Of a DNA stretch of 20,000 nt, positions 5,546-14,965 are shown in pieces; the stretch's first letter is position 1, and every line of letters begins with the position of its first letter. The notes under the pieces are model-generated. The model was given only the letters and a program-made list of their open reading frames with translations, made no database searches and was not told the DNA's origin. Source of the stretch: an uncultured virus (IMG/VR IMGVR_UViG_3300032266_000637) (lineage: Duplodnaviria > Heunggongvirae > Uroviricota > Caudoviricetes); IMG/VR virus record IMGVR_UViG_3300032266_000637; one strand, written 5' to 3'. Both the position numbers and the translations under genes were made by a program.

Positions 5546-6525
5546 TGGCGATTGCTGGAGATACCCCCGTGCCGGTTCCTAGCGGCTGGACGATTGCCTC
5601 CCAGCTAAAACCTGGTGACTATGTGTACGGCTCGGATGGACTGCCGCAGAAAGTCTACACTACCCACACCTACACCCCCGCCCAGATGTATTTGGTCACG
5701 ATGGGGGACGGTGTTGCCATTGAAACGGATCAGCATACCCTCCTGCCGATCAGCACCATCAACAACCGCATCGTAGAGAACAAGTACAAAGGTAAACGCA
5801 AGCGCAGAGCCGTCCAGAAGTTTGCCACACCGACCGAACTGCTCGAGCATGGGCTCAAAGGGACGAACAGGAACTGGCTGTTCTCGATCACTAACACAGC
5901 CCCAGTGCAGTTCCCTCATGAAGACCACCCTGTACCCCCGTTCATTGCGGGGATGTGGATGACAAGACGCAACCATCAGAGTCACTTCTGCTTAAGGGAA
6001 GAGGTTTTGGAGTATGCCCAGAAAGAAATCCGTTCTTGTGGCTGGGCGTTTGTGATGTTGCGTAAGAATTTACTAGAATTGCGCCCCAACATACGCAATT
6101 CGTTCTTAACTCGCTACCCTATCATCCCCACCACACTGCCAGTGGACTATTATTTCGGGTCAATTGAGCAACGGATTGACCTTTTGCGGGGATTATTGGT
6201 TACAAACCCTAGCGCTTACAACAAAAAGACTGAAGAATTTCTGATTCACAGCAGAGATTTGCGTCATTTGATTAAATTGCAAGGAATTTGTGAATCATTG
6301 GGCATGAAAACCCAAGTTTTTGAGAATAAAATCTCTTTCACGCATAGATTACGTTTTAAAACCAACATCGTTCTGCTTCCGTGGCAAAAAGTTGAACCCA
6401 ATTTGAAAAATGCGGGAAGAAGATCGATTACTGGTGTGGAGCCAATCCGTAGTTCGGCATCAATCCACATCACCACAGAAAAGCCCTTCGTAGTAGGGCA
6501 GGGATTTTTACCAATATGGCATTAA
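5545..6525 (+). CDS. Free-standing intein-derived protein (Hint-N + degenerate LAGLIDADG + Hint-C)
   Basis: N-term AIAGDTPVPVPSGWTIASQLKPGDYVYGSDG = intein block A; PPFIAGMWMTRR and SIEQRIDLLRGLLVTNP = degenerate LAGLIDADG helices; C-term SITGVEPI...PFVVGQGFLPIWH = blocks F/G. Confidence 0.85.
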   Translation: MAIAGDTPVPVPSGWTIASQLKPGDYVYGSDGLPQKVYTTHTYTPAQMYLVTMGDGVAIETDQHTLLPISTINNRIVENKYKGKRKRRAVQKFATPTELLEHGLKGTNRNWLFSITNTAPVQFPHEDHPVPPFIAGMWMTRRNHQSHFCLREEVLEYAQKEIRSCGWAFVMLRKNLLELRPNIRNSFLTRYPIIPTTLPVDYYFGSIEQRIDLLRGLLVTNPSAYNKKTEEFLIHSRDLRHLIKLQGICESLGMKTQVFENKISFTHRLRFKTNIVLLPWQKVEPNLKNAGRRSITGVEPIRSSASIHITTEKPFVVGQGFLPIWH

Positions 6526-7961
6526 CTAAACTTCAAGAAACGATTCTTGACAAATTTGCGCAAGCAAACAAGCATTGGCCAAAGGATCAGCTCGATCTAG
6601 CGTTATGGCGAGTGCGATGGGAGCTCATGGCACTAGATCATCAAAGGGAACCAGAAGATGGTGAGTACAACACGATGCTGATGCTCGCAGGTCGTGGTGC
6701 TGGTAAGACTTACACAGCGTCTAACTGGATTGGAATTCGAGCGTCTCTTTATAACGGCACTCGTTGGTTGGTAACAGCCCCCACTTCAAACGATATTAGA
6801 GCAACTTGCTTTGAGGGTGACTCGGGACTGATGAACATCATCCCTCATACGCTCATTGACACCTACAACAAATCGCTGTTTGAAATCCACCTAAAAAACG
6901 GCTCGATCATTCAAGGTATACCTGGTTCAGAACCAGAACGGTATCGTGGTAAACAGTTCCATGGTGCGTGGTTTGACGAGTTGGCGGCGTTTGACTACCT
7001 AGACGATGCATGGGATCAAGCGCAGTTCACTCTGCGTCTACGGGACAGCCGTATCAAGCGAGTCCAGCAGATTGTTACCACCACCCCCAAACCAAAAGAG
7101 CTCATCGTTGATCTGAACGAGGGTAAGGTAGGGGGTGATGTGTATGTGGTGAACGCCAGCTCGTACGACAACCGAGAGAATCTGTCTGAGTCGTTCTTCA
7201 ACGCACTAGAGACATACGAGGGCACCGACTTAGGTAAGCAAGAGATCTATGGTGCGATCCTTGACCCCGAGGATGCGGGTATTGTCAAGCGTAAGTGGTT
7301 GAAGATGTGGCCAGCCAAACAAGCCACGCCAATTCTTGAGTATGTGATTGCCAGCTACGACCCAGCAACCAGTGAGAAGACGACTAACGACCCGACTGCT
7401 TGCGAAGTGTTCGGTATCTTTGAGCACCCAGACAAAGGCACTTGTGTTATGTTACTGGACGCATGGGATACGCACATGTCTTACCCCGAGTTGCGTAAGA
7501 AAGTGATCAGCGATTTTAAAGAAGTGGTGTACGGATCAGACAACGACTTCGCTAAAGGGCGAAAGGCTGACCTCATACTGATGGAAGATAAGTCCGCTGG
7601 TATTTCACTGATCCAAGAGCTCCAAGGCTCGGGTGTACCAGTGCGAGGATACAACCCCGGCAAAGCGGATAAGGTGCAGCGATTGAACATTGTGGCACCG
7701 CTCATTGCTAAAGGGAAAATTTACATTCCAGAAGATCCAGACATCCCCGGCGAATTTGCACCATGGGCAAAACGACTCATTAGGCAAGTCTGCTCGTTCC
7801 CAGAGGCGGGTGGGCATGATGACTATGTGGATGCCCTATCACAAGCACTGAGGGTGCTCAGAGACTCTGGTTGGATCCAGCTTGACATTCTGCCAGCAAG
7901 AGACTATGGTTACTCAGATGATGAGAAAGCCAAGCAACGGTACAACCCCTATGCAGCATAG
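6516..7961 (+). CDS. terL: Terminase large subunit
   Basis: Walker A AGRGAGKT, Walker B AWFDE, coupling motif VTTTP, RNase H-like nuclease SYDPA...HDDYVDALSQAL. Confidence 0.97.
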   Translation: MALTKLQETILDKFAQANKHWPKDQLDLALWRVRWELMALDHQREPEDGEYNTMLMLAGRGAGKTYTASNWIGIRASLYNGTRWLVTAPTSNDIRATCFEGDSGLMNIIPHTLIDTYNKSLFEIHLKNGSIIQGIPGSEPERYRGKQFHGAWFDELAAFDYLDDAWDQAQFTLRLRDSRIKRVQQIVTTTPKPKELIVDLNEGKVGGDVYVVNASSYDNRENLSESFFNALETYEGTDLGKQEIYGAILDPEDAGIVKRKWLKMWPAKQATPILEYVIASYDPATSEKTTNDPTACEVFGIFEHPDKGTCVMLLDAWDTHMSYPELRKKVISDFKEVVYGSDNDFAKGRKADLILMEDKSAGISLIQELQGSGVPVRGYNPGKADKVQRLNIVAPLIAKGKIYIPEDPDIPGEFAPWAKRLIRQVCSFPEAGGHDDYVDALSQALRVLRDSGWIQLDILPARDYGYSDDEKAKQRYNPYAA

Positions 7962-7995
7962 GGCGGAAACAGCCCCCAGTTTGCATAAGTAGTAA
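7959..7995 (+). promoter_or_regulatory. Putative late promoter 2
   Basis: TAGGGCG(7959-7965)-N15-TTGCATAAGTAGT(7981-7993); ATG at 8002. Confidence 0.8.
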
Positions 7996-8001
7996 TAGAT
8001 C

Positions 8002-8841
8002 ATGGCACTCGACCTACTTAAAACCCCCTACGAATTGCTGTTAGAGCAAGCTGGCTATCCACGGATGCAAGCAGGTGGACAACCGCCGAGAAATGCATCA
8101 CTAATGGCAATGGCTTCTAGATATGGTGGTTTGGGTGGTGCGGGTCAAAGCGTAGATATGACCTCATCCAATCCAATCAATGTGTATCGTGCAGATCCTA
8201 CTGGCAGATACGGCGGTAAAGATCGCATGGAAACCCGCCCAACGGTGCTAGACAAAACAACCCTTCAAGATTACATTAAAGCCATGCGTGAGGGAGAAGC
8301 CCTCGGTGTTCCTCAGTTAACTCAAGATCAATTAGCAAGAATGGCATTAGTAGAGGGTCGTAGCGACTTTGGTTTTAATGCTTTAAATGAAGACAACAAG
8401 CTGGCTATGAAGAAAGCACAACTCTTGCAAGAAATGGGACACAATCGTGTGCCTGCTGACTTTGCTGCAGCCTTGTATGACAAGCAAAAAGTAGCTGAAA
8501 GAATTAACAAACCGTTCCAAGAAGTATGGAACGGTACAGGTCGTTCTGGAATGACAGGCAGAACAGGAGCCCAACACAACGATCGATATAACGAGTTTGG
8601 TTACGCTGTTGACCATCCTAAAAATGCAGACTTGATGCAAGCCATCAATGAGGCGTATAATTATCAACCACCAGTCAAACAAACTCTAGGTGCCAATGAG
8701 TACGCCGATCCGATGGGAAGTTACATTCCTACAATCGAGCAAAACAAACCTGGTAGACTGTATGCAAATGGTGGTGCAGTAAAACCTAAAACCTTTCATG
8801 ACATAAGCAAGTTGCTTATTCAAAAACATCTTGGAAAATAA
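8002..8841 (+). CDS. Hypothetical protein between terL and portal, 279 aa; possible virion/ejection protein
   Basis: ORF track; follows late promoter 2; function not recognised. Confidence 0.75.
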   Translation: MALDLLKTPYELLLEQAGYPRMQAGGQPPRNASLMAMASRYGGLGGAGQSVDMTSSNPINVYRADPTGRYGGKDRMETRPTVLDKTTLQDYIKAMREGEALGVPQLTQDQLARMALVEGRSDFGFNALNEDNKLAMKKAQLLQEMGHNRVPADFAAALYDKQKVAERINKPFQEVWNGTGRSGMTGRTGAQHNDRYNEFGYAVDHPKNADLMQAINEAYNYQPPVKQTLGANEYADPMGSYIPTIEQNKPGRLYANGGAVKPKTFHDISKLLIQKHLGK

Positions 8842-8844
8842 TTA

Positions 8845-11757
8845 ATGGCTCTACCTCAACTACCCGTCCAAGCAGGCTCAAACCTTGCATCATTGGAGCG
8901 AGATAAGGATATTGAACAGACGCAATTAAGCGAACAAGAAATTGAAGCTTACGAAGATGCGTTAGGTTTACAAGGCGATGATAAGACGCTAGACGAAGAA
9001 GTAATTGAGTTAGATGATGGCTCAGTCATTATTAACTACACACCTACAGAAGGCCCGTTAAAGAATCCAGAGTTCTATGCTAACTTAGCAGAAGAAATGG
9101 ACGAAGGTGTCTTAGATGGCTTGGCTACTGAGTTTATTGAACTCATTGATGTTGACCGTGAAGCTCGTGAAGATCGAGATAAACAATACGAGGACGGTTT
9201 ACGCCGCACTGGTTTAGGTAAGGACGCACCTGGAGGCGCAACCTTTGATGGTGCCTCTAAAGTCGTTCACCCCGTAATGGCAGAGTCATGCGTTGACTTT
9301 GCTGCTAGTACTACCAAAGAATTACTCCCACCAGATGGCTTAGTTAAATCCTACATCAAGGGCGAGACAGACAAGAAGCGTGAACAGACTGCTGAACGTA
9401 AAGCAACTTTCATGAACTGGCAGTTAACCGAGCAAGTAGTTGAGTATCGTGACGAGATGGAGTGTCTCCTAACCCAGTTACCCTTGGGTGGATCACAGTA
9501 CCTCAAATGGCGTTATGATTATGAACTGCGTCGTCCTACGACAGAGTGGGTTCCAATCGACAACATTCTGTTGCCATACGCTTCAAACAATTTTTATACT
9601 TCCGCTCGTATAACGGAAGTGCAAGACATCACTGGTGATGTTTACCAACAACGAATTGACCAAGGCATTTATCGTGATTTAGAAGATGGTTACATTTCAG
9701 ATCTAGGTCCAGAAGAAATGACCCGTTCGCAAAAAGCGAACAATAAAATTGAAGGTAAAGAAAAACCAGAGAAGAATGTAGACGAAGTACGTCGCATTTT
9801 TGAAATTACTTGTTTTTTACGGCTAGAAGAAGATGAAGAAACTGAAGGCAAACGTGCTCCGTATATTCTCACAATTGACGAATCGTCTGGCAAAGTATTG
9901 GCTCTATATCGAAACTGGGCTTACGGAGATGAAAAGCTCGAGAAGCTGGATTGGTATGTCGAGTTTAAGTTTATTCCTTGGCGTGGTGCTTATGCTATCG
10001 GTCTTCCTCACCTTATTGGCGGTTTGTCTGCCGCCCTTACTGGTTCTCTACGGGCTTTGTTGGATGCAGCCCACATTAACAACAGCCAGACAATGCTTAA
10101 GCTTAAAGGTGGACGCATTGGTGGACAGTCTGACAGAATTGAACCCACGCAAGTAATAGAAATTGAAGGTGCACCTGGTGTTGATGACGTTCGCAAGATT
10201 GCGATGCCAATGCCGTTCAACCAGCCCTCTAGCGTATTGTTCTCCCTCCTTGGTTGGTTAACAGATGCAGCTAAAGGTGTTGTATCAACATCGGAAGAGA
10301 AGATTGGTGAAGCTGGTAACAACATGCCAGTGGGAACAGCACAAGCTCTGATCGAGCAAGGTGCAAAAGTTTATTCTTCTATTCATGCTCGTTTACATCG
10401 TTCACAAGCTAAGTCATTACAGATCCTTTCTCGTATCAACCATTGGTGGTTGGAAGAGATGGACAATCAGTCTGGCGAAGAGATTGAGATCCGTGATTTT
10501 GCGGTTAACAATGACATCCGTCCTGTATCTGATCCTAACATCTTTTCTGAGACACAGCGTCTTGCCCAAGCTCAAGCAGTATTGCAGTTGGCTAACTCTG
10601 CACCTCAGATGTACAACTTGCGTGAAGCCCACCGTCGTGTGCTAAACCAGTTAAAAGTACCAAACATCCAAGAGATCCTACCAAACCCAGATGGCGTGAA
10701 GGAATCTAACCCAGCACTCGAAAACGTTTCGATGGCTATGGGTCGTCCAGCGGCAGCTTACCCCGATCAAGATCATATTGCTCACATCAAGGTTCACTTG
10801 GCGTTTGCGATGGATAAGAACTACGGTTCTAGCCCATTGGTCGGTCCGGCGTATGCACCACACCTCTTAGAGCATTTGAAACAACACATCTCATTACATT
10901 ACCTACAGTCCATGCGTAACTATGTTGCCCAAGCTGGCGGTGGCGAGGATGTATTCAAGCTTAATGAAGAGCGTCCAATGGACAAAACCAGTGAACAAGC
11001 TCTGGCAATCGCATCTCAACTGGTAACAGAAGACGCGGCACAAGAATTCCAAGGTATCATGCCAGCGATTCAGCAAATTGTTCAGAAGGTTCAACAAGCT
11101 CAACAGAACCAGCGTCAAATTGCTGCTGAGTCTGATCCGACTGCTCAAGTGATCATGAAAACTCAAATGGCTGAGACACAGCGTAAGTCACAAGAGTTCC
11201 AAGCAAAGATGCAAGCTGAAGTTCAACAGCAACAACAAGAATTCCAGCTTAAAGTGGCTGAGTTGCAACAGAAAGTTCAAGACCTGCAAACTAAGTACAC
11301 TGTTCAGTCTAACATCGACAGTCAACGTAACGCTAAAGATATTGCCTTGGCAAATATCAACAATGCGGCTAAAGAGCGTGTGGCATTGATTGGGGCTGGT
11401 ACTCAAATTGATCAGTATCAAGCTCAGTTAGAGCACGAGCAGAACTTAAACGCTATTCAAGCAACCCAAGCAGCAGAATCAGATATCCGTCAACATGGTT
11501 TGGCAGTAGAACAGGCAGCATTCCAACAGCAAGCACAACAATTGCAAGCTCAAGCCGATGCCGAAAGACAAGCTGCCATGGAAGCGCAAAAACATCAGCA
11601 AGAAATGATGCAACAACAGTCGCAAGCTATGCAACAACCACGGCAACCTCAACAAGGTATGCCAGAAGCGGCGTTAGGGCAAGCAATACAGCAACAAGAA
11701 CAGCAACCAGTAACACCAAACGTAGAACCAATAAAACCCCCACAAGGAGCAATATAA
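8845..11757 (+). CDS. Portal protein with long Gln-rich coiled-coil C-terminus
   Basis: Position after terL; motifs GASKVVHPVMAESCVDF, FMNWQLTE, FIPWRGAYAIGLPHLIGGL, PVSDPNIFS typical of podovirus-like portals. Confidence 0.9.
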   Translation: MALPQLPVQAGSNLASLERDKDIEQTQLSEQEIEAYEDALGLQGDDKTLDEEVIELDDGSVIINYTPTEGPLKNPEFYANLAEEMDEGVLDGLATEFIELIDVDREAREDRDKQYEDGLRRTGLGKDAPGGATFDGASKVVHPVMAESCVDFAASTTKELLPPDGLVKSYIKGETDKKREQTAERKATFMNWQLTEQVVEYRDEMECLLTQLPLGGSQYLKWRYDYELRRPTTEWVPIDNILLPYASNNFYTSARITEVQDITGDVYQQRIDQGIYRDLEDGYISDLGPEEMTRSQKANNKIEGKEKPEKNVDEVRRIFEITCFLRLEEDEETEGKRAPYILTIDESSGKVLALYRNWAYGDEKLEKLDWYVEFKFIPWRGAYAIGLPHLIGGLSAALTGSLRALLDAAHINNSQTMLKLKGGRIGGQSDRIEPTQVIEIEGAPGVDDVRKIAMPMPFNQPSSVLFSLLGWLTDAAKGVVSTSEEKIGEAGNNMPVGTAQALIEQGAKVYSSIHARLHRSQAKSLQILSRINHWWLEEMDNQSGEEIEIRDFAVNNDIRPVSDPNIFSETQRLAQAQAVLQLANSAPQMYNLREAHRRVLNQLKVPNIQEILPNPDGVKESNPALENVSMAMGRPAAAYPDQDHIAHIKVHLAFAMDKNYGSSPLVGPAYAPHLLEHLKQHISLHYLQSMRNYVAQAGGGEDVFKLNEERPMDKTSEQALAIASQLVTEDAAQEFQGIMPAIQQIVQKVQQAQQNQRQIAAESDPTAQVIMKTQMAETQRKSQEFQAKMQAEVQQQQQEFQLKVAELQQKVQDLQTKYTVQSNIDSQRNAKDIALANINNAAKERVALIGAGTQIDQYQAQLEHEQNLNAIQATQAAESDIRQHGLAVEQAAFQQQAQQLQAQADAERQAAMEAQKHQQEMMQQQSQAMQQPRQPQQGMPEAALGQAIQQQEQQPVTPNVEPIKPPQGAI

Positions 11758-11984
11758 TGGCAATTAAAAAACAAGCTGGCGAAATTGGTTTTCGTCAAAA
11801 TTACAAAGAAACCGGTCAATTATCAAGCGGTGGTGGTCCAGACGCTAAAGTAGACAATGGTAATTCAGGCTCAAGCAGAAACAATAATTGGAAAATTGGC
11901 GCATCACAGTGCAAGGTAACCAAGGATTCTAAAGTTGGTCCTGGTAAAAACCTTAAAGATATTGGTGGCGGTAATTTCTATTAA
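11757..11984 (+). CDS. Small Gly/Lys-rich protein, 75 aa
   Basis: ORF track; AAGGAG RBS; TAATG coupling with portal. Confidence 0.75.
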   Translation: MAIKKQAGEIGFRQNYKETGQLSSGGGPDAKVDNGNSGSSRNNNWKIGASQCKVTKDSKVGPGKNLKDIGGGNFY

Positions 11985-11985
11985 T

Positions 11986-12022
11986 TAGGGCGGAATAATC
12001 CCTCGTATTGCATAAGTAGTTA
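11986..12022 (+). promoter_or_regulatory. Putative late promoter 3
   Basis: TAGGGCG(11986-11992)-N15-TTGCATAAGTAGT(12008-12020); ATG at 12024. Confidence 0.8.
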
Positions 12023-12023
12023 T

Positions 12024-12218
12024 ATGAGGGACTTAATTTCTGAATTAATCGAGCGTTTGAAAAACGCTGACAAAGATACAGCCGAAGCTCTAGCTTCTGG
12101 CAACAACATCCATAACTTTGATACATATCAAAGATTACTGGGTACTCGTGAAGGCATTCAACAAGCCAGAGCGATACTAGAGAACCTCTTATCAGAGGAT
12201 GACCAAGACGAAATGTAG
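12024..12218 (+). CDS. Small helical head-region protein, 64 aa
   Basis: ORF track; typical small gene preceding phage groES in this type of head module. Confidence 0.8.
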   Translation: MRDLISELIERLKNADKDTAEALASGNNIHNFDTYQRLLGTREGIQQARAILENLLSEDDQDEM

Positions 12219-12244
12219 CCGTATGGCTTTAGGAGCAATGAAAA

Positions 12245-12682
12245 TTGTTTGATTTAAAACAAAATGAAGAACCAGATTTACGAACAGAGCAGGAATGCTT
12301 TCCAGACGTAGATCCAGGTGTAGAAATACTGGGTGATCGAGTACTTGTGCAGTTACGCAGAGAAAAAACCACCAGTAAAGGCGGTATCTTCTTAGTTGAA
12401 GAAACCAGACAGACGTTACGTTTTAACGAAACGGTAGCTAAAGTAATCAGCATAGGTCCATTGGCTTACAAGAGCCCACAAGATCTAACTCCTTGGGTAG
12501 AAGGCCCTTGGTGTCAAATTGGTGACTTAGTTCGTACGATTAAGTACGGCGGCGATCGATTTGTGTTGCAACCAGACGACGATGGTGCTCCAGTAGTGTT
12601 TATTACACTGCAAGCACGAGAAGTGATCTCTAAGATCAAATCGTTCGAGGCGGCACAGAAAATGAAAGCGTTTGTAGATTAA
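12245..12682 (+). CDS. groES: GroES/Cpn10-like co-chaperonin
   Basis: ILGDRVLVQ...KTTSKGGIFL...AKVISIGP...GDLVRTIKYGG = Cpn10 signature; TTG start with AGGAG 9 nt upstream. Confidence 0.9.
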   Translation: MFDLKQNEEPDLRTEQECFPDVDPGVEILGDRVLVQLRREKTTSKGGIFLVEETRQTLRFNETVAKVISIGPLAYKSPQDLTPWVEGPWCQIGDLVRTIKYGGDRFVLQPDDDGAPVVFITLQAREVISKIKSFEAAQKMKAFVD

Positions 12683-12700
12683 CTTTGTAGAAAGTAAAGA

Positions 12701-13675
12701 ATGGCAGATCAAGAAAATAACATCCCCATTAAAGAAATGGACGATGGTAGTGTAAAAGCTTCCATGGGTGACGAAAAAGACCCTTTTGAGGGTGACGAGC
12801 AAGAAGTAGAAGTAGAGGTAGATGAGCATTCTGAAGGTGAAGAAGTTGAAGCGTCTGATGAAGATGACAACGATAACGAATCCGAAGAAGATCGTGAGAG
12901 AATCCGTGAAGCTCGTCGTGAAGAACGCAAGTTAAAGAAAGAACTTCAAAAGCAACGTGAAGTTTCTTCCAAGCACAAGATTAGTGCACTTGAGAGACGC
13001 AATGAAGAATTGGCAAGGCGTTTAGCGGCAGTTGAAAACACTGCAGCATCTTACCAGTTCGCTCAAGTGGACAAAGCAATTGAAGATGAAGCTACTCGAG
13101 TAGAGTATGCCAAAATGAAGTTGGTGCAAGCGGCACAAGCAAATGATGCAAATGCCCAAGTAGAGTATTTAGAACAACTTCAAGATGCAAAAAATAAATT
13201 ATCACAGATTCAAGCTTACAAAAAGCAACAATTAGATAATGCAAAGAACCCCAAGCAAAATGTTCCTAACGAAGTGTCAACAGAAGTACAGCGTCAGGCA
13301 ACAACTTGGTTAAAAGATAACAAATGGTATGACCCACAAGCGAGAGATACAGATAGCAAAATCGCTAAGTTGGTTGACCAAGATTTAGCAGCAGAAGGTT
13401 GGGATCCATCAGACCCTGAGTACTGGGACGAATTGGATAATCGATTATCTGCTCGTTTGCCACATCGGTATTCGGCAAAAGCTGGTACAAGCAATCGTAG
13501 GGGTGGTCCGACTGCTTCAAGCAGAACGGCAAACCCATCTGGGAAAGCTGGAAACACCATTACTTTAAGTCGTGAACGTGTAAATGCAATCAAAGACGCA
13601 GGTGCATGGGATGATCCCATCAAGCGTAGCAAAATGATTAAAGCATATGCGCAGTTCGATAAAGATAACCGATAG
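12701..13675 (+). CDS. Capsid scaffolding protein (putative)
   Basis: Acidic N-terminus, long coiled coil, short helical C-terminus; located upstream of the capsid genes. Confidence 0.7.
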   Translation: MADQENNIPIKEMDDGSVKASMGDEKDPFEGDEQEVEVEVDEHSEGEEVEASDEDDNDNESEEDRERIREARREERKLKKELQKQREVSSKHKISALERRNEELARRLAAVENTAASYQFAQVDKAIEDEATRVEYAKMKLVQAAQANDANAQVEYLEQLQDAKNKLSQIQAYKKQQLDNAKNPKQNVPNEVSTEVQRQATTWLKDNKWYDPQARDTDSKIAKLVDQDLAAEGWDPSDPEYWDELDNRLSARLPHRYSAKAGTSNRRGGPTASSRTANPSGKAGNTITLSRERVNAIKDAGAWDDPIKRSKMIKAYAQFDKDNR

Positions 13676-13686
13676 GAATAAAAATC

Positions 13687-14244
13687 ATGGCAAATACAAG
13701 AATTAAACGTGACTTAGACGATCGAATGATCGACCGAGCACAAGAAGTGGTAGAGCGCTCAACTAGCGCTGAACCAAATGACATTGCACGTCGTGAACGC
13801 CTTGATGCGTTTAGAGACAAGTGGGCAAATAGTGCGTTGCCCGATCTTCCTGCGGGGATTATTCCGGGGATGCACTTGTGTTGGTTGTCCACAACCAATA
13901 CTTACGACAGTATCGACAAACGTATGGCGTTGGGTTATGAGCCAGTTAAAGCCTCAGATTTAGGAAAAGGCTTTGAAGGACTAGGCAAGATGAGCTCGGG
14001 CAAGTTTGAAGGCTGTGTTAGTTGTAACGAAATGGTGCTTTTTAAGTTACCAGAGGACATCTATCAAGAAGTAATGCGTATGCTCCATTTAGAGGATCCG
14101 CTAGAACACCAACGCAATATTACAGCGCAAGTTCGTGATACTGCACAAGGCAACAAAGGTGGTCGATCAGTTCTTGAGGGAGGTCTTCTAGAGATGGAAA
14201 AAGACACCGCAAAAGGGAATGCTAAAAACATTCACTTCCAATAA
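13687..14244 (+). CDS. Conserved head-module protein, 185 aa
   Basis: ORF track; AGGA RBS; IPGMHLCWLS...GYEPVK motif; position between scaffold and capsid. Confidence 0.8.
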   Translation: MANTRIKRDLDDRMIDRAQEVVERSTSAEPNDIARRERLDAFRDKWANSALPDLPAGIIPGMHLCWLSTTNTYDSIDKRMALGYEPVKASDLGKGFEGLGKMSSGKFEGCVSCNEMVLFKLPEDIYQEVMRMLHLEDPLEHQRNITAQVRDTAQGNKGGRSVLEGGLLEMEKDTAKGNAKNIHFQ

Positions 14245-14275
14245 CATTCTTCAAAATAACAAAGGAAATAAACTA

Positions 14276-14938
14276 ATGTCAACAACATTACGTCCCTTTG
14301 GCATGAAGCCTGCGTTTCATCCTAGTGGCTTAGACCGTTCTGTACCATTTGCTGGTACAAACAGTTTCGTTACTGGTGTGACATACACAGCTCCTTACTC
14401 TTTGAGCTCTGGTCAGTCTTTCTACCAGTATCAACCAGTTGGAGTTACATCTTCCGGCCAATTAACAATCGCAGCTACTGCAGCTGCAACTAGCCCTGTA
14501 TATGGCGTATTTGACGGTGTAGAATATACAACCGCTGAAGGTCGTCGTACATTAGGTAAATCAATCTCTAAGGCTTCTTTAGACGCAGCTTCTGCTATCG
14601 TATTTTGGATCTTCCAAGACCCAGCATTAATATACGAAATCCAAGCAGCTGGCTCAGTAACTTCTGCAGCTATTGGTTCACAGTACAACTTCTCCGCAAC
14701 TTCTGGCTACACAACTGCTGATGGTTATACCATTGGTACAGGTGGCGCTGGTTTCTCCACAACAGCCTTGGCAGCTTCTGCCGTAGCTAGTGGTGCACAG
14801 GGTCAAGTTCGTGTTGTAGGTTTGGGTCGTGAAGTAGCGTACCCATCGGGCGAATTGAACAACTGGGGTGACACATACACCATCGTTCAAGTCGAAATCT
14901 CTAACAACACATTCCGCGCTCCTAAGGTCTCGGTTTAA
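14276..14938 (+). CDS. Capsid decoration/stabilising protein (putative), start MSTTLRPFG
   Basis: AAAGGA RBS upstream of ATG 14276; Ser/Thr/Ala/Gly-rich; directly upstream of the major capsid gene. Confidence 0.7.
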   Translation: MSTTLRPFGMKPAFHPSGLDRSVPFAGTNSFVTGVTYTAPYSLSSGQSFYQYQPVGVTSSGQLTIAATAAATSPVYGVFDGVEYTTAEGRRTLGKSISKASLDAASAIVFWIFQDPALIYEIQAAGSVTSAAIGSQYNFSATSGYTTADGYTIGTGGAGFSTTALAASAVASGAQGQVRVVGLGREVAYPSGELNNWGDTYTIVQVEISNNTFRAPKVSV

Positions 14939-14965
14939 TTAACAACGAAAGAAAGGTAATAAGCT

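Noticed and set aside
6495..6530. Programmed frameshift fusing the intein-like ORF to terL, or restoring a His-Asn end (CAT-T-AAC-TAA)
   Set aside because: No canonical slippery heptamer, the restored HN would be followed by a stop, and other splicing residues are missing; simple translational coupling suffices
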